The notes: generated from the letters alone by a model not told the origin. Positions 25,593-39,207 are shown, numbered from the whole stretch's first letter. The stretch is DNA of 63,667 nt, filler included, from Choristocarpus tenellus KU-1152 (GCA_964200185.2; 12 parts of 12 records of this genome joined end to end with filler, not necessarily neighbours in it), one strand, 5' to 3'. A program made the numbers and translations.

Positions 25593-28500
25593 CTGTAGAG
25601 GGAACCCCCATCCAGCTCAATAATCTCCTGGCAGATGTTCTCAAGGAAGTATCTATCGTGGGTGACACAAACAAAGGTCAGAGACCTATCCGCCAGAAGC
25701 TTTTCCAGCCACTCTATTGCCTCCACATCCAGGTGATTGGTTGGCTAAAAAATCAAATATTCCCAAGTCATAAACATTGTATACACAAGGGGGGAGGGGA
25801 GAGGGGGGGGATGCACAGGATTAATGTGAGAATAATAAAAAAATAGAAAAAGACAGATGGTAATCTCAAAATATTCTCTCCGGATTCAAAAGGTACCGAT
25901 ATTCATAAATTGTTTATACGTAACTGTCGCAGAAAAAAAAATCACAACAGAGTGGTAAACTGAAAGGTGACATCGACAAGAGGTGACAGTGCATGCATAG
26001 GTGGGATCGAAAACCATTCTGATAGGTACAACAAAAACATATTTATTAAAAAAATAAAGGAGGTGCTTCCATCCTACCCAACACTGCCGACAGACCTGCC
26101 TCTCGAGGAGAGACCACAATAATAAAATAAAAACACGTAAATAAAACTACGTGATGTTTATTGTTGTATCGAAAGTATCATAACCTGATAGTACCATACT
26201 GGAACTTGATCGTACCAAACAATTTACAAATAGTACCATACTATGTATGAATAGTACAATTAGAACCAAACTGTGTATGAATAGTACCACGCTATTTGTG
26301 ATTAGAACCAAACCATATATGGGTAGTACCACACAATGTATGAATAGTACCATGCTATTTATGATCAGAACCAAACCATATATGGGTAGAACCACACAAT
26401 ATATGAATAGTACAATGCTATTTGTGATTAGAACCAAACCATATATGGGTAGAACCACACAATGTATGAATAGTACAATGCTATTTATGATTAGAACCAA
26501 ACCATATATGGGTAGAACCACACAATGTATGAATAGTACAATGCTATTTGTGATTAGAACCAAACCATATATGGGTAGTACCACACAATATATGAATAGT
26601 ACCATGCTATTTATGATTAGAACCAAACCATATATGGGTAGAACCACACAATGTATGAATAGTACAATGCTATTTATGATTAGAACCAAACCATATATGG
26701 GTAGAACTACACAATGTATGAATAGTACAATGCTATTTATGATTAGAACCAAACCATATATGGGTAGTACCACACAATGTATGAATAGTACAATGCTATT
26801 TATGATTAGAACCAAACCATATATGGGTAGTACCACACAATGTATGAACAGTACCATGCTATTTATGATTAGAACCCAATCATGTATGGAAAGTACCAAA
26901 CCATGTATGAATAGTACGATTAGAACCAAACTGTGTATGAATAGTACCAAATTACATCTGATAGCACCACACTATGTGGAAATAGTATCACACCTCAGAT
27001 CGTGTAGCACCCAACGCTACCAATAACATAGAACCTTCAACCACGAGCAGCCCACAACAGACCTTAACCATTACATTAAAACATTAGGGTCATTGTACCA
27101 AAAACACCACTTACTCCAGACAAAATTCAGGGCCCGGTTGCTCTATGACACCAGCTGTCCATGTACTAAGTCCAATCGCTCCACATTTTCTGTTGCTCAG
27201 CAAACGTCTCAAGCCCAATTGAGCCCAAAAAGTTCAAAGAACAATATTTGGTATCAATTCCAAAGGACAAATATTGTTCTTTCACATGTTGTAGCTCAAT
27301 CCCTATTCTTTAAAAAAAACACAGGAACCGTGTTCTTTAAAAATGAAAAAAATATACCAGAACAAAAAGAAAGATATCGTTCTAAATGAAAGAATATATG
27401 CCCATTGTACCCTCACTAGTAGCTCGTAACGTCCACTGTCCAATAACAAAGATTTCAGTCGGTATGTGCTCTCGACACCTGCTATCCAGCAAAATGCTCT
27501 GGTCCACCTGTTCAATAGGCCGATGTTGTCCCAGACAACACTTGTGGATGTTGGCTCCATAAAGTCTGTATACAGACAATGCTTTGTTGTGTAGTAATAT
27601 CATGATGTTGGAAGGTTTTGCTGTGTTATGCAGGCGTTGTATTGACCGAGTTGTGAGTAGTACTACAAAGTGTATCAAAAACATGAAAGTATGCAACAAA
27701 AAAGTACCACTGTACCATGTACTACATTGTCCAGAGTAGTAATCTTACCTTACCATGTACTAATAGTACTATATTATGTAATACCCATACCAAAAATGTA
27801 TCAAGAGTACCACACTATGCACCAATATATATATATGTATATATATATATATAGTACCATGCATGTAGTAGTAAAACAAAAAATATTCAAACTTCCAAAT
27901 AAATATGGTAACTGCACCATACGATTTATCGATAGTACCAAACTCTTTTATGTATTGCTAGTACCATAGAATTGCACTAAAAAGTATCATACTATGTTGC
28001 AATAGTACCATAGGGTTAGGGTTTGGGTTAGTACCAAACTCTTTTATGTATTACTAGTACCATAGAATTGCACTAAAAAGTATCATACTATGTTGCAACA
28101 GTACCAATGGGTTAGGGTTAGGGTTAGAGAGTACCAAACTCTTAATATATTACTAGTACCATAGAATTGCACTAAAAGTACCAAACTAAGTATGTCCAAT
28201 ATCATACTCCGTAGTAATACTACCGCACTCGTTGATCAATGGTACCATACTATGTACAGTAGCACCAGCAATACAACGTGTATTCAAAGTACTAAACTAA
28301 TGCATGTGGTGATCGTTACCATAAAATGTACAAAGTACCAAAGCTTTGTATAAATAGCTCCGTACTATGCAGTAATGGAGATAGTACCAAAGGATGTAGT
28401 AACTCCGTACTATGCAGTAATGGACATAGTACCAAAGGATGTAGTAACTCCGTAAGGTGCATTAACAGCACCACACTTAGAGTACATAGTATTCAAGGGG

Positions 28501-31500
28501 TTCAAATGTTCATTTCTAGTACATGAAAAACTACAAAACTACGTACCAATTTGTACCATCCTATGTAGTATTAGTACCATACTACTCAATAGTACTATAC
28601 TCTGAGTAAGCAGCATTTAAGGTACTGAATTTTGTCCTCCGGTACCTGTGCAATATAGGCTAGTAGTCTGTATGGTTTATAGTGTAAAAGTGACTGATGC
28701 AGTGTAACTGTCACAAACATATTTCGAACATATTTCTGACGTGTTTGATGACGAATGAATTAGATAACAAGGGAGAGCACCCCCCACCTTGAGGGCAGTG
28801 CTCACTCCGCTAATAAACACATCCATACTGCATAATGAAAAGACTCTATTGGAAGAGTTCTCTTTTGCATAGTACCAAACTTGTACTCTTAAGCAATCAA
28901 TGCATGTAAGTTCTCACAAAGCCTGATGACACACAGAGCATAAACCACAAAGAAAACACAGACACAACACTCCCGACCAAGCAATGACATAAAAATCACA
29001 TACACATAATAAACACACACAACTCTCTTGGCAATACATCAGAGTGAACCATGGAAGGCGTTCACGAATACAGAGAGACGTACACAGAAGCTGACCTCGT
29101 CAAGAAGCAGTACATCTGGCTTCTGAATGAGTGCAGCAGCCAGGGCCACCCTCTTACGCTGCCCCCCAGACAAGAAAACAACCTCTTCATTCTGATAGGC
29201 CGCCACATTCAGCCGCGACATGACCTGAACCAATCAGATGCGCACGCGCACATGATCAGGTGTGTGTGTGGGAAATATTTAATACTTGCTCGCGAGCAGT
29301 AGAGCACTTACTTGTACTGTGTATTGCAGGAAACTTCTCAGAACGTTCTATACATTTTGCAAGTCATACAACCACCTCCCATACCGTACCCTGAACGCTC
29401 CTCAATAAAAAAAAAGCGTGCACAATCAATAAAAAAAAATGTCATCCGTCAAAGCTCTAGACTGATCAAACAAGGAGTCACATGAAAACAGAACATGGAT
29501 TTGATAAAAAAAAAAAGAGTTAATGAAAAGGGGCACGCAGAGGAACAGCAAAGGATGGGTGGAGCAAGTAACATCACCATTATATATATATATATATATA
29601 TACCTCATGACACCATGTGTTACATAACAAGGCTGTCCTGCTAAAGAAATTGTCCTCCACTATTCCTTCTCAGACTACTGCCCTCCCTTCCCCTCTCCAC
29701 AAACCAGTATCAACTCATGATCTAACCAACAACACCTACTATCCATCCTGAGAATAATACAACATCACCACCCAACAAATTATCAAAACCCACCCCACCC
29801 ACTGTACAATCTATTTCAAGGAACAAAGACAACTCCCTCCCCCCTTCACCGCTCCTCTCCCTGCCCTTTCCCCCCTCCCACCCAAACCCCTGCAGCCAGA
29901 CTCATGTCTCACCTGATTGGCGAACACCTCCACATCCCACCCCCCCGTGGCATCCATCGCAGTCGAAGTCTTGGAGTAAAGCTCCATTGCAGCATCCGCC
30001 TCATCAGGAGACGCCTTCTCAAGGGCCTCAACAGCCCCCTGATACTCTCGAACCGCCCTTGTCAGATATCAGAATAAGGGCTAAAATTAGGGTTAGGGGT
30101 TAGGGCAACCCTGTACATGTGTGGGAGGAGAGGGAGGAGTGAGAGCCCTACTGTCCGCTGCACGAGATCAAGGGGGGAGTGGATTTGGGGAAGGGGAAGA
30201 ACTAGAGCGGCAAAAGGGTTGAGGGATGCCCCGGGGGAGACTAGAGGGGGGCAGGAGATGGGAGGGCAGTACTATCATGAAAGGGATAGTTGGTTTGACC
30301 CTTGAAGTTGGTAGGTGGATAGGAAAGGATCCGGAGTAGTGGATAATACCATTAAGGTGATCTCTGTCAAAAGAGCTACAGTGTGAGGGTGACCAAGAGC
30401 GCGATGGTAATGTGAGAGATGAGAAATACTATTTCCAAGGTGTGAAAATAGTCATTAATAGTCATTAAAAATATTTACTGTGTAAGATACGTGAGGGGTA
30501 GAAAGCCTCAATAAGGTATCTGTAGTATTCATCCCACATCGACGGGCAGAGCACTGAAGCCTCATGCTTCCTAGGATGGCACATGAACCTCAAAATAAAA
30601 CAGTCTGAATAGCAGGAGGAACTTTCCACGGTTCCTACGTACCCAATGTTCAGGTGAAAAAAAAAAGCTCAGATATCGCAGAGGGGTCAAGGACCACAAG
30701 GTACACAGAGGGAGAGCACAAAAGGGGCAGCAGTTTAGCAACCAACACCACCACCAGGCTCAGGTGAAGGAGAACAGGTGTCCACGACATTATCAACAGG
30801 AAGTACAAGCACTAGAGTAAGTTTAGGGACCTGTAGGATCAGGGACAAGACACACCACACCAGCGTTCTTACACCCACCCGTGCAGTCGGTGGGATAGGT
30901 TAGGATTAGGATTAGGGTTAGGGTTAGGGCTAGCTATGACACACACTAGCCGTGCACAAACGCAGAAGATTGACGTGCAGGCCCTAATGGCGATTCAGAC
31001 GGAGACTTACATCGTGTAGCATTTTAGTGTTAGGGTTGCATTCTTTCCTCACCTCATTAGGGGGTTGTCCGCGCTGAACACTGCATCACGAACAGTGTAC
31101 CCTTCTGGGAACACCGGATCTTGCTCAACATAGGTCACCACAGTCTTCTTGGGGGAAGTCAACGACCCTGAGTCCGGCGACTCTTTCCCTCCCAACACCT
31201 TTAGCCAAACCGGGGAGGAACGAAAAGGAGGTCAGGGTGGAAGGGACATCCGTTTGAGGAGAGTCTATCAAGCATCATCCGTGCAACTCAAACAAAAGTT
31301 CGTAAGTATTCTTGCATCACACATCCAAGTGATTCCCTGGAGGTAGTGTGTTCTATCAACAGGCCAAGCATTTCCCTCCAAATGAGTCGGTGCCCCAAAT
31401 TCCCACGGTTTTTGCTAAGATCACCATCTGCTCCAGGACGCAAGGTTACAAGGCAAAGGGCACATGTTTGAGTGCAATATGAGAGCTGGAAGAAGATGAG

Positions 31501-33273
31501 CATTTGCACTCATGACACATCCTGAACCATGAAACCCCTGAATCCTTTGGGGGGTTACACTTTCTTGAAAGGTTGATACTGCACAAGACCTTCCACTGCC
31601 AAGCCCTCTAATGTTTGTATCCTGTGCTTTATCTTGATATACTACAGGCAAGCTTCCTCCAAAAATGCACTATTTTTTCCTACCTTTCTTAATAATAGCA
31701 TTAAAGTACTACCACTACTGACAAAGAGTCACTGTCCACCAGATCGATCCTGCCATAAAACAAAAACTCAGCACAGCTCTCAGGGGATCATGTCAAAGAT
31801 CCAAGCCACCACAAGACCATGAACCATAAAGGTGACAGTCCATTACTCAAAATGGAAGGGGGATAAGGGGCAAATGAATTGCAGTCACAACCAGTTCTGC
31901 TATTTTCCAGTAGGGTATCAAAAAAATAGTTGAAACAGTCATCCTACACTTCCATGCTGTAAAAGTGCTATGTTTGGATATAAACAAGAATTGCCCATGG
32001 TGCTCCACAAACAAGAGAATAATGCAATAAGCATGAATGTATTGTCCAGTATTAGCTACTCTTATTACCACTGGATAGACAAAGAATGCAACTTTGAAAA
32101 AAAAAAAAAGGCATGAGAGGGGAGGTGTGTCGAGAAGAAAAATTGCCATTGTCTATTGTTGCAGCAACTTATGCATCTGAGTAAATTTTATGGTATGTTC
32201 TTATGCACAGCCAAGGAGATCACTCCTACTCCTGCCAACAAGCGAAGGGTTTCGGAGCACCAGAGAAGCGACTGCCACCAGATTGTTGCAGCTGATATAA
32301 AGATTCGTGGAACTTTGTGGAGGAATGCACATTGTTTGATTGGATATTAGAAAGGAAAACAAGGGAAGTTGTAGCCAATGCATTTGCTATAGCAAGTTGC
32401 GTGCACATTTGGCGGCAGGGAGGCCTAACTCGTGGTCTATTAATGGGTCGCGGTTTCGGCGTAGGCTTCGTATTGTACTCGTAACCCACCTTGAGCAGAG
32501 TAGACTTCCCACAGCCATTTATTCCCACCAGGCCAAGTTTTTGACCCCTGCAAACATCGAGCGCCACGTCCTTGAACTGGAATCGTGTTCCATCGAATGT
32601 ATTGCTCAACGAGTCTGCCACCAATAGTCTATCTGTACCCGTCACGACCTGATGTGTGGAAAAATCACAAAGCCCCCCACGCACCCATAACCCAGATTTT
32701 CTCAAGATTCAAATAGCCAGAAGATGCCGAGTCTAGGACTTCAATATCATAGTTGGGGTGCAAGAGCATTCCCTTCATCTCTAAAGGTTAAGGTTGCCAA
32801 CAGTGTGGTGGTAGGTAGTATGCAGTAGGCAGTGTCATTAGATGGAGGGCGTGGGTTGACGGCACGGATTGTCTAGGACAGTCCATTACGCGGGCTCGAT
32901 CAAGTACTTGTATGAAGAACGAGGTAAAAAATGTCCAAGTAATTGCCCTAAATGGAATGTTCAACCTGTGTCCTGCACTTCACCTTCAATTATCCCTCAC
33001 CAACGCATGTCTTAATATTCTGGTACCACCTGAGAGCAGTCATCAGATTCTGCCAAGATTTTGAACAAAGAGGGAGTCGTACAAGAACGATACCTGGGAC
33101 TTGGTCGGAGCAACCTCCTCCCCAACACCGGCCATCATTGCCAATTGTGGTGCCTTTGAAGTGGTCCCCAAGGGACCCCTAAATGATACCACAGGGGATT
33201 GCAGCCGCAGAAACGAGTTAGCCCCAGTCCATGCTAGAGCTATCACCACCCCAGTGGCCCGCCTTCGCTCCAT
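25593..33273 (-). CDS. ABC-F family ATPase (Uup/plastid ABCF-like) with bipartite plastid-targeting presequence; first six exons, 3' truncated
   Basis: Exons 33273-33094, 32648-32490, 31198-31053, 30057-29913, 29224-29096 and 25744-25593 splice in phase. Motifs: Walker A GINGCGKST, Q-loop YVEQ, signature LSGGQRKR, LLLDE|PTNHLD, and THDRYFL. The N terminus VVIALAWTGANS-F is ASAF-like. Confidence 0.92.
26150..26990. repeat. Intronic satellite: about 10 near-identical 63-bp units (26277-26890) made of three 21-bp subunits
   Basis: Unit ATGAATAGTACAATGCTATTTATGATTAGAACCAAACCATATATGGGTAGAACCACACAATGT. Degenerate TAGTACCA-type 21-mers also fill 27650-28620. Confidence 0.95.
27932..28180 (+). repeat. 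Three ~78-bp tandem units (third partial) separated by TTAGGG tracts
   Basis: GTACCAAACTCTT...GCACTAAAA occurs three times, with TAGGGTTAGGGTTTGGGT and GGGTTAGGGTTAGGGTTAG at the junctions. Confidence 0.85.
28647..28873 (+). mobile_element. Dispersed repeat with 3' hairpins (SINE- or Helitron-like); other copies at 44415-44593 (+) and 51514-51790 (-)
   Basis: Shared GACGTGT.TGATGACG...GAGCAC segment in all three; the 28647 and 51514 copies continue GTGCTCACTCCGCTAAT...GAAGAGTTCTCTTTTGCATAGT. The 51514 copy has an upstream B-box GGTTCGAATCC (51730-51720). Confidence 0.7.
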
Positions 33274-33506
33274 GGTGTTTGGTCTTCAACGTGTTGACCG
33301 ATGAGGTGTTGCAAACAACGTGTCCAATGAACAAATTGATTGTGGTGCAATTCGCTATACGACCGTATACAGCAAACATGTCGTATCATGAACGCTTGTT
33401 GTGTTGTTTTGTTGTTGTTGAGGTCATCTTTGTCCTTCATTCCGTTTCCACTTCACGCTACAACAACCCAACGCCAGGAGGCCACGCCGCATTGCAGGAT
33501 ATTATC

Positions 33507-34351
33507 ATGAGGATCTTCACCTTCGTCTCGTTTGGACTTGCTAGTTCAATGACCTGCGTCGAAGGCCTCATGATAACCCCTGGGACTTCACTCCGCTGTT
33601 CGTCAAGGTACACACCCAACTACAGAAAGACCAGTACCTTTGTTGAACGGGTTGCAACTATGTACCAACATCACCCCTCAAAATTCACCATATCTCATAG
33701 TGTTAGGTCTATAATATGAGTGCATCACCTGATTTTTCTATAACTGAACTTTTGCGTTCTTCAGCTTTGCTGACAATCGTATTTGGTCGACTCCCCGACA
33801 CTTACGATAGATTTCGCTAGTTATTTGCAGCTAATCATTTTTCCCGTTCATCATGCTCGTTCCGGACGGATCCCGGCCTAGTCTGCATCCAATCTGCTAC
33901 GTGGAACGTATGCTCTCGACCTCGTGCACCCTCTTATCTCACACGGTGTAGTGTGATCCAGCACTGAATCATACCTGGTCTGTCATATACACACGTATAC
34001 ACTCAACCCCCATGTACCCTCTCACTTTACCTACCTTAGTACGACCTACCTCGCCCGAATCAGCAATTATGGCACTCTTCTTTTGTCAGGCCATCGCCCA
34101 ATCGTGTGGTAGCCCCCCAAAAGGTGCCCAACTCGTAACTCTCTTGAACGTCTCCTCCTCTGTTCCTGCTGGTTTGCATGCGTCTCCCGAGCAAGAATTA
34201 TGCCCTGGCTGAACCAGAGCGGAGAAGATGTGAAAGAAATAAAACTAAAACGAGCAACGGCAATGAGTTGTACGTCCTCCCCACCTGCGGAGGGAAACGA
34301 TGACCTAGTAAATCAGAAGGCGGCCCTCATGAAGATCATCCGCACAACAAG
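33507..34351 (+). CDS. 5' exons of a probable plastid lipid-associated protein/fibrillin-like gene with signal peptide
   Basis: Exons 33507-33607 and 34196-34351 splice in phase 2. MRIFTFVSFGLASSMTCVEG is signal-peptide-like, followed by a transit-like region and QKAALMKIIRTT-(R/S), resembling the PAP-fibrillin start K..LL..I..T.RG. Confidence 0.5.
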
Positions 34352-34599
34352 GTAAAGAAATGGCGCCGGTATGGAGGTCGCCCACTCTGGTACTGTAGAG
34401 CGAGCTCTTCAAAAAAGGGTGTACCACATAATTAGCTGCTCCCTCTCCACGACATCGTGTTTGTTCAATTCAGCTTGATCTCAAATTACCCAGAGAAAAA
34501 GATAGCCCAAGGAAAACCCTCAAGGTCTTGCCATCTTCTGATGGTGAGGTCAATTGTGAGAGATAGCTTGCTTCAGGCAAGCATGTCAAGAATAACCTC

Positions 34600-35100
34600 C
34601 AAGTACAGGTATTGAGCCTGCCCATCCCATCTTCAATTCAGAGGATTTGGAGACGTGTGCAAGAGGTTGGGGGTAGTGTTGCTACTGTAATAATCCCTTT
34701 GACGTACTGAAACCTTGTGGAATCCATCCCTTCAAGTTCAAGAAATAACCGGCTTGACTCCTCATTACGCCACCTTATGTTCCCTTCAACAGCATGGGCA
34801 CCAACGAATCTGCTAAGGCTGCAGAGGACGTAGACTCCCTCATTGAGAGCCTCAAGGGCCTCAACCAAGGGTGAGTCAGCCCAACTTGCCTATCACACAC
34901 AGGGTGGTACAAGCCTCACATGGGCAAGTTCTGTGTATCACTCCCTTCTTTCTATCTTGCATCTCGATTAAACCACGAGTATTCCAAGATTGTGAGACAG
35001 GATTCATGGATAGATAGTCCTCATTTTTATCCGTTGGATACCCGCATGGAGCCAATATTACACCTTCAACCTCCTGCTTCACATTTCTCCCTTTATCCAA
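34600..35100 (-). mobile_element. Degenerate non-LTR (LINE) AP-endonuclease-like relic, probably intronic
   Basis: CVIGKLG*...FVGAHAVEGNIRWRNEESSRLFLEL loosely matches the GDxN...G......RNxNGxRL pattern. Confidence 0.3.
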
Positions 35101-35959
35101 TTCTATGCCAATTTTGCGATGTTTCATTCCCCCTAACATATGAAGACTTTCTTCCTAGACTCTAGAGCTCATGAGTGCAACGACGTTACTGTTTATTTCA
35201 TCCTGTACTGAGTCAATCCGTAAACTGTGTATGTGTTGCCTCCACTATTGAACCTCAAGGTAAACCTGAAATTAAACACTTTTATGTTTATCGTTGCTGT
35301 GCTTACAACACAGGAGGGTCTATTTTTCGATTGATGAGAAATATAGATGTAGCTATTGGGGATAATGATTCTTAGAGCAAAGGGTCAGAGTTAAAGCTGG
35401 CAGCGCCTGGCTACATCATTCATTCATTCATTCATTCATTCATTCATTCATTATCAGAGGGGGGGGGGCAGGGTGATATCCAAATTTAAACGTTGTAACT
35501 GTGGTGTAGCAATATTTGTAGTTTATTAGGTGTTGAATTAGTTGGGGACAGGTATTGTCACACATACCATATTAGAGTACTCATCTTTAACTTGTAGATT
35601 AGGCAGTTGACACAGGCACATCTGTATTCCTACGACAATGTGAACTGCAGCACAAGTGGTCTTGAATACTCAAGTAGTGCACTAGTCTCATATTGTCGAG
35701 ACAGCATGTATCGCCCTTGTGCAAGCTTTTCTCATCTATATACCATACACGCTATCAATCTCCGTTTACTCCCTTGCCCACACCGTAGTATGCCCCCCCC
35801 CCCCCCAACCCAACCAACCCCCAACCCCCCGAACCCCCATGTCCAACAAAAACAAATCANNNNNNNNNNNNNNNNNNNNNNNNNNNNNNNNNNNNNNNNN
35901 NNNTTAATTAATTAANNNNNNNNNNNNNNNNNNNNNNNNNNNNNNNNNNNNNNNNNNNN

Positions 35960-36049
35960 ATGTAAGTTCACTTCTCCTGGTCAGGCCCCAAATGGACACC
36001 CTGGTGTAGAACCCCCCCCCCGTTCCCCCCGTCCCAGATACTTTGAGCC
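35960..36049 (-). mobile_element. MITE subfamily B end at contig start
   Basis: CAAATGGACACCCTGGTGTAGAACCCC...CCCAGATACTTTGAGCC. Confidence 0.78.
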
Positions 36050-37941
36050 ACATGTGGAACAATTTACCCCTGAAAATACATACACGCACACAATACCAAA
36101 CAATTAACACACCTCCTACCCAATGTAAAAAAAATAACGTAATTCTCGAGTCCACTCAAAGTCTACCAGAACTCGTACACCTATCCCCACCCGCCTACCA
36201 CCCCCTCAAGGGATGCGCAAAGGGTATCTGTGACTCAATATCGAGCTGAGGGCCTCAGTAAAAAACAAGCAATACTTGCTTGTTGCAGACTCTGTACGTG
36301 TGTGTGGTGTGATATGATACTATCGTGATATCTATATATTGCCCTCATCCAGTCGCACTGCTGCTGATGTCATGTGGCCTCCTATGACCTACGACAGTGC
36401 TGTGGTCCACCAAGCCAAAAGATTGGTAACTGCGAAAAGTTTAAACTTGTTCCCAACGTACACCTCGCAATTACACATTGCGCAGTGACTTTGTGGGCTC
36501 AAAACCTCCAGTAAAACAACAAGAAAGTCTACTCTTGTCACTGTCGTCATTCCTGTTCACCTCCTCCTCCTCCTGCCCAGTACACCTATATGGGAGATGG
36601 TAATAATGGGAAACGGGGTTAAGGGGGAAGTTGGATGTGCGCTACCTGTAATCGAACACGGTAAAAGTCACCATTGGTTATGTAATGTGCTTCGGAGTAC
36701 ATGGCTCTTACTACCTTGCAAGTCAGAATTTGAGTGTTCCTCTACCATTTCAATAAAATAAGGAATAACATGATCACAATCCCAAAGAAAAATACAATAG
36801 ACTTGTTAAGTTGGAAATCACTCGTAAACGACTCTTGTACCTTACTATTTTTTATGCAAAGCAGGCAGTAGGCAAATCTACTTCTTTTTTTTTTGAAGAA
36901 GCATTTTTTACTCCTTTTTCACCAAAAAATGCACTAGAAAAAATGTCCTTCAGTTGTTCTACAAATATATCCTTTCTGTTTTTCACGTTTTGGATCAAAA
37001 TATTGACAGTGCAAAGATGAACCAAAATGGAAGTAAGAATCACCACATCCTAGTTTTACCCCCCCTTCAGTGGCAACCTTCGCATTCCATACCTACAACA
37101 ATTATACAATATGGCATGACCTTCACAGTAGTAGGAATGCTTTAAGTACACTCGATCAAGCCAACACAGGCAGTGCTATGCCACGGAGCCAGTACACACC
37201 AACCCTGCTTACTACCTCGCATATGATCCCATGCAGGTTTTTGGATAAATCAGTTGCATTACGAAAAACTACAGCCTGTGTTTTTCACACCAAAAAATAG
37301 AAAACTAACCTCATCCCCTCCAAGAAATGAGCAAATCCAACATATTTATCAATAAGAAAAAGGAAAGTGTTTCGTGTTGGCATGTATGTATAGCGCCGAC
37401 ACAGGTAAGCTATACCAGCTTCATGTCAATAGGACCTGCACTTTTTCACATCTACTTAAAAACAAAAAATATCGATGATGACCATCAATATCACTGAAAC
37501 AAAAAAAAAACATATATATATGTACCTTTGCATCGTAAGGATCCTCGATTTTTATGGAACGACCATTGTATTCATATGGACCTACGGTTTGCTTGCGAGG
37601 CGCTGAACAAATGCTATGTTTCTCCCCTTCCCTCTCCACACAACGCTAGTCCTGCCTGCTTGGGATGCCCCACATGGCTCCAGCACAAATATTTCCTCTG
37701 AGAAAAATAACTTTTCCTCTCTTACAATACTAACCCACCTGCCTGATAATCAAACGAGTTACACACTCCCCTATCTTTTTGCAACATTATTATTATTAAT
37801 ATTATTATTATTATTACTATTATTGACACTACAAATAATATATCACGACATAAATATAGAATAAAAAACGTGAAAGCAATGTTACGATGTATCTATCCAC
37901 CCTAGCACTAAACAGTAAAAAACAACAACTCAGTTTCCGTT

Positions 37942-37974
<33 letters not shown>

Positions 37975-37977
37975 CTT

Positions 37978-39042
37978 TCACACCTTGCTGCTCGCTTCAC
38001 CATCATCAAAAAAAAATCTCCTCGACCTCGAAAAATCTTCGAAAAAACCTCCACCCTCGTCACCGCCCTTCCCGTCCACAGCGCCATCAGCATTGCCCAT
38101 CTCCAGAGGCGGTCGCGGTGGACTGTACATCGGCCCAAAGAACATCTCCCGTGTCATAAGCGCCGCCGATGTGGAAGCCCAAGGCGCTTGGGCCGCATGC
38201 GCTGGATGGGATCGCCTGGGGCACGAGCTTCCCCTTGACTCAGAGTCCCAACTATCCTCGACACTGTGGTGGATTGCATGGCTCAAGTCTCCGTAATATC
38301 TCGCCGCTTCCTCCCGAGTCAAAGCCGACTCATCCACAAGTGGCACGTCAACCATGCAATCGCCATCGTCCTCATGTTTAAGGGACGTTGGTAACAACGC
38401 CACCTCAGTATCGTGGGGAGGCGGACGACGGTGACTGACGCCCTCAACCTCATCATTAGAAGAACCGTCCTCCTCCTCCTCCATCGTCGTCGCGCCAGAG
38501 CTCTGCTGCCGCCAGGCATTGTCTCTCCCAGGGGATTGACGGACCGTCACTTCTGGAGGGCTCGATGCACACCGACCTTCCACCCCCATCTCGACATTGT
38601 CCGAACTGAAAGGTAGCGGGGGCATAGATTCTGTCCACTTGGGGATGATCTCCTCCTCCTCATCCTCATCCTCCTCCTCCTCCTCCTTCTCTTTATGCTG
38701 GCTCTCTTTATGCTGGCTCTCTTTAAGTGCCATAACAACTTCTCGTGAGGTAGGTAACAACTGACTTGGCAGATCAGGAGGCCCTGAGACACAGTGGCCT
38801 CCAGCACCTGCATCAGGTTCAGGGTTGATCGGCATTGGAGGGCAAGATTCTGTCCACTCAGGAATGAAATCGTCGTTCGGGGCAACAGGTCTAGAGGAGG
38901 AGCTAGCATCCCACCCATTGACGATGGGATAGTCCCCCTCATCCGATGGAAGAGCCCCCAGGAAGTAATTGTTAGGCTGCGATGCCAATAACATGATCGC
39001 TTCTCGATCTATATCACAGTTGTGAATGTGTGTCCCACACAC
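37978..39042 (-). CDS. Large exon of an uncharacterised acidic, Pro/Ser-rich (likely disordered) protein
   Basis: 354-codon GC-rich open frame with an internal repeat IP(E/K)WTESxPPxP...GxC(V/A)SxPP present twice. No recognisable domain. Confidence 0.55.
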   Translation of the reverse strand: MCGTHIHNCDIDREAIMLLASQPNNYFLGALPSDEGDYPIVNGWDASSSSRPVAPNDDFIPEWTESCPPMPINPEPDAGAGGHCVSGPPDLPSQLLPTSREVVMALKESQHKESQHKEKEEEEEDEDEEEEIIPKWTESMPPLPFSSDNVEMGVEGRCASSPPEVTVRQSPGRDNAWRQQSSGATTMEEEEDGSSNDEVEGVSHRRPPPHDTEVALLPTSLKHEDDGDCMVDVPLVDESALTREEAARYYGDLSHAIHHSVEDSWDSESRGSSCPRRSHPAHAAQAPWASTSAALMTREMFFGPMYSPPRPPLEMGNADGAVDGKGGDEGGGFFEDFSRSRRFFFDDGEASSKV

Positions 39043-39207
39043 GGCGGCAAACAGTTTGGGGGAGGGGGGAGGGGGGATGGGGAAGGTAAAAAATCGAATC
39101 TTCTTTTNNNNNNNNNNNNNNNNNNNNNNNNNNNNNNNNNNNNNNNNNNNNTTAATTAATTAANNNNNNNNNNNNNNNNNNNNNNNNNNNNNNNNNNNNN
39201 NNNNNNN

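Noticed and set aside
26147-27026. 267-aa and 259-aa ORFs on opposite strands
   Set aside because: They are a by-product of a stop-free 63-bp satellite lying inside an ABC-F intron.
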